Of a stretch of 64,000 nt of DNA, positions 49,901-61,444 are shown in pieces. The stretch spans positions 1-64,000 of the forward strand of contig JASANG010001414.1 of assembly GCA_030248215.1 (NCBI GenBank), given 5' to 3'. The notes beneath the pieces are model-generated. The model made no database searches. It was not told the origin of the DNA and saw only the letters and a program-made list of their open reading frames with translations. Origin of the DNA: Enoplolaimus lenunculus (lineage: Eukaryota). A program made the translations under genes and the position numbers. The number at the start of each line of letters is the position of its first letter. Position 1 is the stretch's first letter.

Positions 49901-52682
49901 TTCCTGATACTTCGTGCATTCTAAACGTTGCAATTAGAGATATTTTCCGAAAGTTGTTTACAGAACATCATTAAGGTAGATTTTGCGTCTGCTAGAAGTG
50001 CAAACCTCAAATACACAAAAAATGAGTAAGAATGTTTTGTACGCAGTATTTCTAATAGTTTCTTTATTGCTTGCCAACTAATTTTGTGGTAACATATTTT
50101 TCGCTTTCCGGTTCCTGTATTTTTGCTTTTCGTTTCCGGTATTTCTTATTTAAGGTTGCACACTGATATACGCAGAAATATCCGTGGGATCTTTTTGCCA
50201 GGGTCATAGGCTTCGGCTGCGGTTCCGTAAAAATAGTTGTCCAGTGACTACGTCACTTTTGTGCGGAGAGTGTTACGATGGTCAATAAAATCAATAAAAT
50301 ATTGATTCGATAGTGAATTTTTTAAGGGATCATTGCTAATAGCAGTTGAAGGTGCTTAGTTATGTTCCAGTGATACTAATCAATATTTTTGTTGAAATTT
50401 TTAGTTTGCGTATATTTTAATATGGGGTTTCCTGTGCCATTTTAGAGTCGCCTGTGGATTTTTACATTCAGTTGCACTGTATAATTTAATGACAATGTCA
50501 TCACAATAATTTAGGTATTTGTTTTCAGCTTGCTGTTGGTTTCTTTCCATACGAATTGATCATCGTAAGTTAAACTTTTAAGTGGAATAATATATAGTAT
50601 TTGATGTATTTTGCTAGTTTTCATCTGGGGCTTTGAAGCGTCCTGAGCTTGAAATTTCTGTTTTAGTTTTGATTGTGCAGTTGTTTTTAAAGTTCATTGT
50701 GAAAAGCAGATGCTGGTGATATTGAAAGTTAAACCGTATCATTTGAATTGTTCGGTGACACGTTTAGTTCAAAACGCATAAGGATGAAATCATTATACAT
50801 TCAGATTAACAAAATATTTTAAACCCACTGCCTACTATCTGGGCTTTGATATTAACAACTTTGGACTGATGGGCTGGTTTTGTTATAGGACGGCAATAGA
50901 TCAGTTAGTGATAAGCGAAAGCTCAAAGTATGTTTGTAACTAAGATATTACAAGTTATCCAGAAACTGGTTTTGATTATTTTTCGATGTAGTTCTGGTTT
51001 GTTTCTGTTAGTCAAGCTATACCTTGCAATCACATTAGAGCTATGCAGTCACAGACAGAAATAAGTGCGCAGTAATAGCGGTTGCGTCTGCGGTCGTGGT
51101 TTTATTATGCGGATGCCTTGTTTTGCGCGCGACCGGTTGCATTTACAGACACGGTTACATTCGTGTTCCAAACCACGGCTGAAACGTCGGTTACAATCGA
51201 TAGAACATTTAATACCCCTCAGACATCGGTTGCCGTCACGGTTATGTTCGTAGCAATCTCGAGTAGTACAGATCGCGTTTGAAAGCCTGGGATTGAACGA
51301 GATCGATGTTGCACTTAAGTCTGTGTTTGACTGTAGTTCAGCTGTATAGCAAAAAATAGCTGACATTTTTTAACACTGTTGATGCATATGCGCTGCAGAA
51401 CAAAGTATGTAGTATATAGCTTGCTGTTTTGTTTATCTGTTGCGCTAAATGTGGTGTGTTTTTGAGAGGCATATTTTATTTAGTTATTTAAAACAGTTGA
51501 ATTCTTATACGTTTGATCTCAATTGCACAATGAATTTTTCAGCCGGTGGAACTTATGCACGCCATTATTGATAAGGTTAGTGATTTTTTCTTGAAGTGTG
51601 TTTATGCAATGATTTATAAGTTTACTGATACAATCGCTTGTGTACGTAGAACATACTGAAGTTTCGCTTTGACATTTACGACATGAGTTATTCTAGCGGA
51701 ATGTCTGCATGGCTACGTACTTCAGTGGTTGGAGCGCCAGACCGCTGAATTTTACATCGCGTATTCTAGCCCCAGTCCAACCGAGGCAAAACTTTGTGCT
51801 GGCCATTAAAGTATGGTTGTGTATTTTGAGGATTTTGTAATTGTTTTTCCTAAGTTTTAGAACGAAACTGCATGCAACAATTTATTTGTATAAGAACATT
51901 CTATGTGTGCTGTTGTTTTTTCAGGAACCGCCCAGTATTGAATCGTTCGAATTTTGTGAAGAGTTCAAAGTGCTTGTTCATGCTTGGTAAGAGTTTTTTT
52001 AGCATTTTTGCGTCCATTAAATGGAGCATGGTTAGGTACCAAAAACCTGATGTGTTTTTCTGAAAAGCATTATTTGTAACAATAGCCACCTCTGACATAA
52101 GGGTCGCATATTCATGGATGATTATTTCTTCGCTCATACAACTGCACATATCGCAACTAGTGAAGCATTATGCTGTTACGTGCTAATTACGTGTATTTTT
52201 CAGCTTAACAAAGAACCCAAGTCTGCGGCCGTCGCCCGAACTTTTAATGGTTAGTTTAATTTTTATTTATATAAATGATGCACGGCAAAAGTAGAGAAGT
52301 CAAGCAGAAAAGTTTAGAAAGTTAGAAATAATTTATTCAAAATTTGTTTCCCGCAGAAACTGTACCATTGACCGACAAATTTTATTTTGCCTTATGGTAA
52401 CTGCTTTTGGGCAAGAACACAAGTCAGAGGTATTTAACATGATTCACACGGCTGATTACGAACAATGTAGAATACGTGAAATTTGTAAAGTTTCAAGAGG
52501 TCATGCGAACTGATTTATTATTAACTCTCAGAAGGCGTGTATATAATGTATTTTAAATTATCTGCAAGCTTGTTAGAATTTATTTATTATTTCAGAAGCA
52601 GCCATTTATACAACAACATCTCAAGTATTCTCTTCAAGAAGTTTCAGAATGGGTGAAAGGCAAGAAACATGAAAGTTTTTGA
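43938..52682 (+). CDS. MAP2K5: Dual-specificity MAP kinase kinase 5 (MEK5), PB1 domain plus kinase domain; first exon(s) not resolved
   Basis: Exons: 43938-43998, 44204-44271 ([25 protein letters not shown]1 OPCA motif), 44538-44607, 44964-44998, 45531-45574, 45955-46071 ([11 protein letters not shown]), 46817-46925 (MAVK), 47813-47894 (IIAFYGAFF...ICTEFMDG), 48245-48355 (LWSLKIMHR), 48830-48903 (DVKPSNIL...LCDFGVS), 49075-49125 ([20 protein letters not shown]5-type activation loop), 49338-49409, 50529-50564, 50889-50927, 51543-51575, 51925-51986, 52204-52249, 52596-52682 (TGA). Linker exons are less certain. Confidence 0.95.
51038..51339. mobile_element. TIR element in a MAP2K5 intron with degenerate hexamer repeats (cggttg/cgtttg-like)
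   Basis: gagctatgcagtcacagacagaaataagtgc versus gcacttaagtctgtgtttgactgtagttc. Confidence 0.55.
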
Positions 52683-55098
52683 ATGCTACCAATTGTGTTA
52701 ATAGCCGAAACTGTTGTCTAATTTTTGTGGACTGTAAACTGGGCCATTATAGCCAGTTGGTTCTAAATTTTTTGTATTATATCCATAATTCTCATTCAAG
52801 TTCTATTAAGTTCTAATTAAACTTTTAAATTGGAATTTTAATAACTGTGGCTACGATATTGGCAATATCTCAAACCATTTGCAAGTATGTACTTTGGACT
52901 GTCGTGCACCAGTCGCCGAAACCAATTCACTATTGGAACTTACCAGTATGGTATTGGTGCAAGTGTCATGTGCCAATCGCCTATAATACCAAACCAACTT
53001 TTACAACACCTAATATGCCAGCCAAAACGCTGATATCTTACGGATCGGCAGCCGTAAAACGATTGATGCTCGAGGCTGGTATTAATAGCCAACTGGTACG
53101 ATATGTGATTGATACATTGTACACTAAATTTTTTTAGTTTAAACGTAAGGGTCGTTCATTTTGCATTAAGTTAAACTTTGCCATCAATGCCATATTGTTT
53201 CTGTGCTTTTGAATCACACGATTGCGCCTTATTTTTTTTGAAAGAATTTATTATGCAATTTAAAGTAAAGCTACCTTGTGATATTTTGAATATTTTGCGT
53301 TCTGCAGTGTATGGGCGAGACCATCGTGTGGCAATGAATTCGCTACCGAGCGTGCTAAATGTTAGAATTACTAGACATGTGTGTGCAACGCGATATATGC
53401 CCAGGAGTTAGTTACAAATGGCAAAATAACATATTTGCATATGTATGCTGCAATCGGCCCTGCAATAGATAGGTTTTGAACTAAAAAATATTCGTTCGAG
53501 ATGGTGCATATTTTGTATGCGTCGTTTAAGAATTTACGGAGCCGGTCAGGTATTTGTTTTCCATAATACGGGAGGGAGCCCCGAGTAAACCGGGAAAAAA
53601 CCGGAACGAAAAAAATAAATCTCTTTTTTTCTTTTTGTTCTCGAAACCCCCCACCCCCGATTTGGGCGGTTCCAATAGCTTTCTTCTTCAATTTTCTTCC
53701 CGAACCCGAGAAAAAAAAAAAAAAAAAAATAAACCCCAAAACTTTTTCCCCACAACCCGCCCCCCCCCCCCGCCCTTCCTCCCCTCCCCCGGCCCCAAAA
53801 AAAAACCCTGTATGCAAGATATTCATAGATATTAGTTTCTTAACGTTGCAAGATTAACGTTTGCGCAACAATATAATAAAAAACTAGAGTAATCTGTTTC
53901 CGGATTTGAACGTCGGGATATCTATATATCCGGATATCAGAAATTAAATTTTCTATTTCGGATATCCGAAACTCGATTTTGCGCTTTTTGGGTTTCCCAA
54001 CCTCAGTTTTCGTTTCTTAAGCACTTGTTTTAACTATTGCTCTAAGAAAAGTACCCTGACCCACATGCTGATTATTAGGAGCGTAACTGCAACAGTGACT
54101 CTATTGAATGTCACCCTTCGAACTAACATGGGTCGTTTTACGTTCTAAGAGAAAATAACCACGTTGCAATATACTTGCGCTAAATCGTGCGAACATCAGC
54201 CCGCCCATATTACTTTTAGTGGTGCCCCGGTTTCATTGGCGGTTTCAGAAAATTCTTACGGTGGACGACCTTGTAAATGTTTTGAAACACAATTTTTCAC
54301 CTAATGTAAGGTAGGGACATTATCATTTTTGACAAATAAATTTTCTGAGGGGGAAAATTGTAAGGTAGGGACCTTACCTTTTTATCACAAAAAATTTATG
54401 ATAAGGATGTACGCCCACCCGCCGCCGTCTGGATCCGCTGGTGCCGGCTTTTTCATTAGACCGCAATAGAGATGGTTTAAGGTTTGAGCCGATTTGGCTC
54501 CTCCAGAACCTCTCCTAATGATTTCAATTAAATTTCAATTTTTTTAATAAATACGGGTAGCGCTATGATAGTCGTGCAGCGACGTCTGACGCCGTACGGC
54601 ACCGCAAGTTAAATAATTTTATTTATGAATTGTTATGCGATACCCTGTAGAAATCATGTGCTTTGCGGTACAGTGCTGTACGGTGACGAACGGCGCCGGA
54701 CGTATCATGAGTATACCTACAGTTTATCTCAAACTCAAACGACGAAGCATTCGAATGCTAAACTACTTTTCATACACATAGTCCGCCGCATGACCGAGCT
54801 TATATGACAGCATCCAACAACTGAAATATAAAAACTTGTATGGCAGTAACTGTGATTGGAAAAAAGACCAAAGTCAAACAGTTCTAAATTATACAAATAA
54901 TGTTCACCGATGAAACCAAATCTACTCACAAAAATCGTCAAGAATTTAGTTCAAATTCTGACTGAAGTTTGAATACAGAATTTCTTTTCGTCAACTCCAG
55001 CTACTTCTTTAGTGGTGATACATATTTCATTTCGGATAAGTATCCGGATATCCGGTGTCCATCTATATTATTAACGTATTATTAATTAAAGTTAAAAT

Positions 55099-57394
55099 AT
55101 GGCAAATCACATGATCAGTGGTGTTGTTTCATTAATAGTTGCACTGTCGTTATTTGCCGGCATGCAAGTAGCACGCAATGTAATCGCTAGTTCAAGAATA
55201 ATGACGATTGTTGGCGGATTTGTTGGTTCTAATATATTCGTCTTTGTATTAACGGTGTGTTGCTGTTCAGACTTTGAAAATTATAAGCGTATGAAAATGT
55301 TTTTGGAAGCCAAAAATTGTTGTTATTTTCGTAGCCGTTGCATATTAACGTTGAAACTAACTGGACATTTGTTATCGAAGCGTCAGAAATAATTAGCGTT
55401 CATTTATAATTGTAATTCGTTAAGCAATCTTTCGTTTGTAAGACTGCCATTTTGCTCAGCAAGCCTAATCTTCAATCTGCAGAAATTTGGGGGCTCAACT
55501 TGAGTTGCATCGAATATTGAGCAAGGTCCAGTACAGTTTTTTAATCATTATCCTCATCATCATTCGTTCGTGTTAAATAATCTTTATCTCAAGTTCGTTG
55601 AATAAAGGTTACTACCGGGTTGCAATCCTTAAGCGAGCTTTTCTCTATTTGTTGTTCGTTTTCAACAATCTTACTTACAACAACATCACTTATCAAATAT
55701 TTTAATCAACTTATTTAACTAAACTGAACAAATGACTGGCATTCGTTTCGAAGGAACAGTTTAGTAACTCCAATTTTTTAATGTTTAAATGATTTGGGCA
55801 CAACACTGCAAAAATTCGGTTCCTTTCGTTCTGTAGTGCCAGAAAACAGGAATAAATTTTCTGGTGGGATTCATGTTCGGAACACGACTTTCGTAGGAAC
55901 TCTGATATATATCGAACTTCAATTGTAACTTACGTATCTAATTGTATATTTTAGGCAGTTAGCAATCTCGAAATGGAGCTGTTCGGTGCCGGATTTCAGT
56001 CTCGGTTGTTTCCAGAAGGTAAGTTGTAATCGCAACCGTGACATATGTTAGAAAGCGGAAAATTTGTTCCAAAAATCTTCTGATGTTGCGAAATTGCTCA
56101 CAACGTATGAGATTGATAAATCGTGTCTCATAGCTTTGCCAGGTTTATTCGTTGAACAAATTTTGTAGGTGGTTGCATATGTTTAATATAGTAAAAAGTT
56201 ATATTTCAAAGGGTCGTTTCTTTTGAGCCTGGGGCCACGCAGAACATAAAATGCTACCGCTGAACTCAGCACGCCGAGATCTGTAGGATAAGCCACTTTT
56301 CATTGAATTCCCAGCGGTCGATATCTTGTACTTTTGAATTATTGTTTAAGTTATAATGTCGCTTTTCGCAGCGACAATCTCGTGTGGCCTTGTTCATCGT
56401 GTATCTGTGACAACATGGTAAGGTGTATTTAATTTAAGCATTGAGCAGTTTGGCTCTTGTACACTTTCCCCACAGTTATGTTTAAGGCTTAGGGCCCATG
56501 TAAAGCTCAGGGGCGGAACGTTTTTCTGTGGCATTAGAACAGAATAAGAGCTTTAGCTTTAGACTCGTATTTTTTTGCTTGGCTTAGGATTAGGCTTCGG
56601 AATATGCCTTAGGCTTAGGAGTAAGATTGCAGTTTCCTTAACATAAGTTTAAGTCTAAGCTGGTGAGGAAAGTGTATGAGTCAGGAATTTAATATATAAC
56701 TATTAGACCTTTGTGGTATTTTTTAATCAAAAGTTTCAAATATCGGTGAAGTCTTCACTGTCAGCGATGACAGTGTGAGTTGTATTCGCTTGCTCACTTG
56801 TTAAACTGAAATTTTGTCAATTTTTCTTACATATTTCTGGTTTTGTCTTTCGTGGATGGTCTTTTAATTTATTTTTAGTTTGGTCCGTTGTTAAACTTTC
56901 CCCAACAGTTGTGCACAAAGCTAACACAGCAAAAAAATTGTGAGTCAAATTGACTCTCTCCCAAATAGGCTGTACGGGACTACACAAACTGAGTCAAATT
57001 TGACTCCGCCAGAGTCAAACGTGTGACTCAGTGAGTCAAATTTGACTCTGGCAGAGTCGAATTTGACTCAATTTGTGTAGTTCCATAGAGCCTATTTCAG
57101 GAGAAGAGTCAAATTTGACTCAATTTGTGTAGTTCCATAGAGCCTATTTCAGGAGAGAGTCAATTTGACTCGCCATTTTTTGCAGTGTACCTATGCTTAA
57201 TTATAAGTCTAAATTTAAGCCTTGATAACTTTAAATGTAAAAGGGAAAGTAGGTATACAAGAACCATATTTTGTTTTTGTAGCATTATATTTTCGCTTCT
57301 GATGCTCTACTTTGTAAACAGCATCAGTAATGCTCGATACGGCATTCCTGTACAAGCACAACCGGCAGCTGCGGCTGGAAAGAAAAAGAAATGA
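55099..57394 (+). CDS. KRTCAP2: Keratinocyte-associated protein 2 (KCP2), oligosaccharyltransferase accessory subunit
   Basis: Exons 55099-55254 (SLFAGMQ...TIVGGFVGS), 55955-56018 (AVSNLEMELFGAGFQSRLFPE), 56351-56417 (GLVHRVSVTTC), 57283-57394 (C-terminal KKKK ER-retrieval tail). AATAAA at 57508-57513. Confidence 0.93.
56925..57187. mobile_element. CACTG-ended foldback MITE with an internal ~51-bp tandem duplication, in KRTCAP2 intron 3; truncated TTAGGC MITE at ~56493-56620 in the same intron
   Basis: cacagcaaaaaaattgtgagtc ... gccattttttgcagtg; atttgactcaatttgtgtagttccatagagcctatttcagg occurs twice. Confidence 0.85.
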
Positions 57395-58180
57395 GCGTTT
57401 GTTGCGGTCATACTGTTGATTTTTGACGAACGGTCCTCTTGTTCTATTTATTGTTATTGTTTTTGTTGTGTTTTTGTCTTTTGTATAGATGTACACTTAA
57501 GAAATTTAATAAATGTATTGTATCTGAATACAAAAAAGGTAATGAATCGAACGCGGAGTCTGAAACGGAGGTGCTAACATTTACAGAAGTATTTGTTTCA
57601 AAATTTCAGTTGAAAGTGTATTTTCTGTGGTACTTATATCTCAAAAGTGAAACCGGACGTAAAAAACACTGATCGGAGGACAACAAATTTCACTGGAACC
57701 TAAGGTAATACAAAGTTGGGCAAAAATATTTGAAATTTAAATTATGATGTGTGAGTGAAGCGATTCAAATAAATTGTTTTAAGCGTATTTTATGAAAAGT
57801 TATGTCAACCAAAGTCAAATATTCATAAGCACAAAAAACAGCCAATAAATAGGTTCAAAAAATGTGGCGGAAGAATTAGAAATATTTGGATTATGGCTTG
57901 ATAAAAATCGTTTTGACAACACCAAAATTGGGAGAAGTGTGAAAACGTGGTAAACTCACTAAGATGTAGAATGCCACCGAGAGGTATATCCCTTCTTGGT
58001 CGTGTACATTTTATTGTTTGTGCTATTTTAATTACATCATAAACATAGCAAATCCACCAAATTCCTTAATCTCAGAATTTTATAGAAACATAACAAGCTA
58101 CTTACGGTTTCCATCTAAATGTCGTAAAGTCAAACGAAAAATTTTATTCTTGGAGCTGAAAATGGAGGGTTAGGACTTCC

Positions 58181-59058
58181 GGCCCATGTTACGCTGAGGG
58201 CCGTCCCACTGTCCCGGGACAGCTGGGATAGCGGGGCAGCTCAGACAGTTGGACTGCCGGGGCAGCCTTTGTTAGTTTCAGGGGCGCCTCGTTTTCCCGC
58301 GGGACAGCAGTAGTGCCGAAGAGCAGCATTTGCTACTCTTGTCTATGCAAACGTGTCATTATTAAAATTTATTGTTGTTAATATTTATTACTTTGGTTTG
58401 GTTATCAAGATCGCTTAGCGCGGGGCGTACAGGGGGGCGACAGCCCCCATGCTAAAATGAGTTGCAACAGAAAATATTGTCCCTTTTTTCCGTATTTCCA
58501 GCGAGTATATATAGCTCCCCCATTTTTCCGTTTCTCAAAGCAAGTATATTGTTGCGAGGGCGTCCACACGGGGGCATTGGAGATTCATTCCGCCAAATTT
58601 GGCTGGTGCTCCACTCCTAAATTGATTCGGGCCATACATCTGAGAATCAAGCCTGGGGTGTAGAAAGCCAATATTTTGAGCGTTTAAAAGACAGTTGCTA
58701 TATATAACGCTCTAAATGTCGCCGTTGCGCGTTTGTTCACAGCTTTATTTTGCGCAATCGACGACGATTCATTTATATATTTTGGTCAAGTTTTACGTTG
58801 TCCCGCCGGCTGTCCCTCTGTTTCGGCTGTTCCACTGTCCCGGCTGTTCCACTGTCCCAGCTGTCCCCGTTGTGCCAGCTGTTTCCAATGCCCCAGCTAT
58901 CCACGCTGTCCCCGTTGTCCCAGCTGTCCCCGTTGTCCCAGCTGTCCCCGTTGTCCTATAGCTGTCCCATTGTCCCGGTTGTCCAACTATATCCGCTGCT
59001 CTCTTGCTAGCCGTTGTCACGGGACTGCGGGACGGCCCTCAGCGTATTAGCATGGGCC
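58181..59058. mobile_element. Merlin-like non-autonomous element with subterminal 9/18-bp minisatellite (gctgtccca / gttgtcccc type)
   Basis: TIR ggcccatgttacgctgagggccgtccc / gggacggccctcagcgtattagcatgggcc; imperfect TSD ggacttcc/gaacttgc. Confidence 0.8.
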
Positions 59059-60360
59059 GAACTTGCAAATGTAGAAATTCGACGACAATTTAATAGGTTT
59101 ATGACGTATACACTTGCATTTACATATAAAGCAGCACTTTTTAACGCTTGATTTTTATTTTTTTAAAACAACGCGGATTATAACGAAAATGGAAAATCTT
59201 GTAAAAAACCAAATACTTACATTGACGGACGTCCATCTGGGCACTGTCATGACCACGTCTCATTTTTGTGTGCAAATTTATTGTCCGAATAGCTGTAGTT
59301 CTTATCGATAGAAAGTATATGTATCCGGGAAGGAACAGAAACCAAAAAATACTCAAAACTAAGTATAATTTTGTGGTCAGATCTCTTGGTACAAATACCA
59401 TATGGTCCACAGTACAACTCTGAAAAATCAAAGTAGCTCATTGTGCATTTAATTGCATACAAATTTTGACGCAGAAATTGTTTCATCATTTTCATTACAC
59501 AAACTGCCTTACCATTCTGATCAAAACACTTTTTTGACTCTAGTATGGCTCGTTGTGCAGTATGTATCATTAAATTGAAAAGTCTCGTTTTTTGTCACAT
59601 CGAAACTTTTTCCCACAATAAAATCAGTCATGCTTTATTGGCTCTAAGATTTTCTATTTTTCTTAGAAGTGGCGTTATCTGAGCATACAGATTGTAGGCC
59701 CGTGGACAATACATAAACCGCTGTAAAATTATTTCATTAATTATCATACGTTCAACAATAAAACAATACGTGCAATAAAAGGAACATCACTGTAAAAATG
59801 TTTCTGCCAATTTATTCATTGCAAAGCTGCAATCTTACTTTATAGGTGGGGATAATTTATTCCACCCATTTGTTTCGGTAAATGACATTTTCGTCTACTC
59901 ATAAGGTTCCTTTTTGAATGAAACCAAATAAACTCATAATATAGTATTCGTGGTTCGGTGACAAAATTGCACATATATACCACAAAACAGATAGAAAGTC
60001 CGTATTTAAACAATGCACGCGACCGTATATGGATACATTCTTAGGTGGTGTTTGATACTGTAGCTTGTTGATTTGGTTTGTCGGTTTTTCAGGCATTATT
60101 CGACCACAAGAAACCACCCTTTGATATATTAACCCGTATATCTTAAGGCTATATACCTCGAATTGTGTTAGTGCCTGCGGACAGACCGAACCAACTTTTG
60201 AAAGATCCTAACGAAAGAATTTGTGTTTTTTCAAGTGATATATAACTACCCGAAGCGTCCCCAAAAATTTTCCTTACAGTTAGCACCTTTGCGACGTGGT
60301 TGAAATTCCGGATAAAGAAATTTGTTGGAGAAAAAGCTGTTGTCATTTCTACGACAAAGC

Positions 60361-60828
60361 AAGTGGCGCGTCAAAACGAACGATTATATATAGACATGAT
60401 TTTGCGACATTTTTAGAAACAGCGTTGTTTTGTCAACTCTAAAACCAATAATATTGTATAAATTACTGATTAAAGAAAAATTTATCAAACCATGCAGCCA
60501 TAAGATTATTTTTGGTCGGAAAAGCTTCTAATCAGCGAACGTTTCATAGGGAATGGTCGGCCCGTCATAAGTGGAGCGTCAAAACGAACGATTAAAACTA
60601 TGTTGCCCTGTATATTACATTGAGGTTAGGCAAACAATTTTAGAAAGTAATTTTTTTAGACAGGTGATTTTGCGACATTTTTTGGAAACCGCGTTGTTTT
60701 GTCAACTCTAAAACCAAGAATATTATATAAATTATGGATTAAAGAAAAATGTATCAAACCATGCAGCCAAAAAATTATGTTTGGTTGGCAAAACATCTAT
60801 TCAACGAAAGTTTCATGGGGAATGGTCA
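60361..60828. repeat. Diverged tandem duplication (~200-250 bp unit)
   Basis: aagtgg(c/a)gcgtcaaaacgaacgatta...tgattttgcgacattttt...gcgttgttttgtcaactctaaaaccaa...gggaatggtc occurs twice. Confidence 0.8.
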
Positions 60829-61264
60829 AAAGCGAAATTTATTGTTGAAGGGAATGTCTGAAACGTAGTTTTCCTGTCGAAACATAAAGCAGTTTTTACA
60901 AATCACCAGCTATGTCTCTTGACGGAAACACATGCCCACTGCACATATTGTAAGCTTAAAGGGAAACACCTAGTATGAAGGTAACGAGCATCTAATTATT
61001 TACTACCTCAGAGCAAAAGATTTTATTATCAAATTAACGCCATTATTGCAAGCGATAAGCGCAATAGTGAAATATTAAAATATCGCTGAAGTATTCCCAG
61101 GGAAAGCAAAAGGATCCAAACCATTCTATTGTGTTCAAATGTTGTACAATATGCGATATATTTAATTTGGACATCCCGAGTTGAGTTAGAAAAGAATGGG
61201 GTCGAAGTTTTGCCCATCACGGTTTTCAAAACCACAATTCTTCGTTATGCCGTATAAGAAATAG

Positions 61265-61423
61265 GGCCCATGTATATAACAGGGCCGGATCGCTTTCTGG
61301 AAGGGCTGTAATAGACTCAGTTTAAGCTTTAGACTAATTTTTTGCTTAGGAACAGGCTCATCCATACGCTAAGCTTAAGAATATGCTTATACTACTGTTG
61401 CGGCCCTGTTCCAGACATGGACC
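61265..61423 (+). mobile_element. Merlin-like MITE (A2), ending 21 bp before the LINE ORF1 ATG
   Basis: Perfect TSD agaaatag (61257-61264, 61424-61431); TIR ggcccatgtatataacagggccg. Confidence 0.88.
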
Positions 61424-61444
61424 AGAAATAGCATATATTAAATA

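Noticed and set aside
53371..53835. Gly/Phe/Lys-rich ORFs
   Set aside because: The region ~53570-53810 is dominated by long homopolymers typical of low-quality consensus; no coding signal.
58716..59050. Cys/Pro-rich metallothionein-like ORF (CPRCPSCPRC) and overlapping ORFs
   Set aside because: Several frames are open because of a stop-free 9-bp minisatellite inside a TIR/TSD-bounded element.
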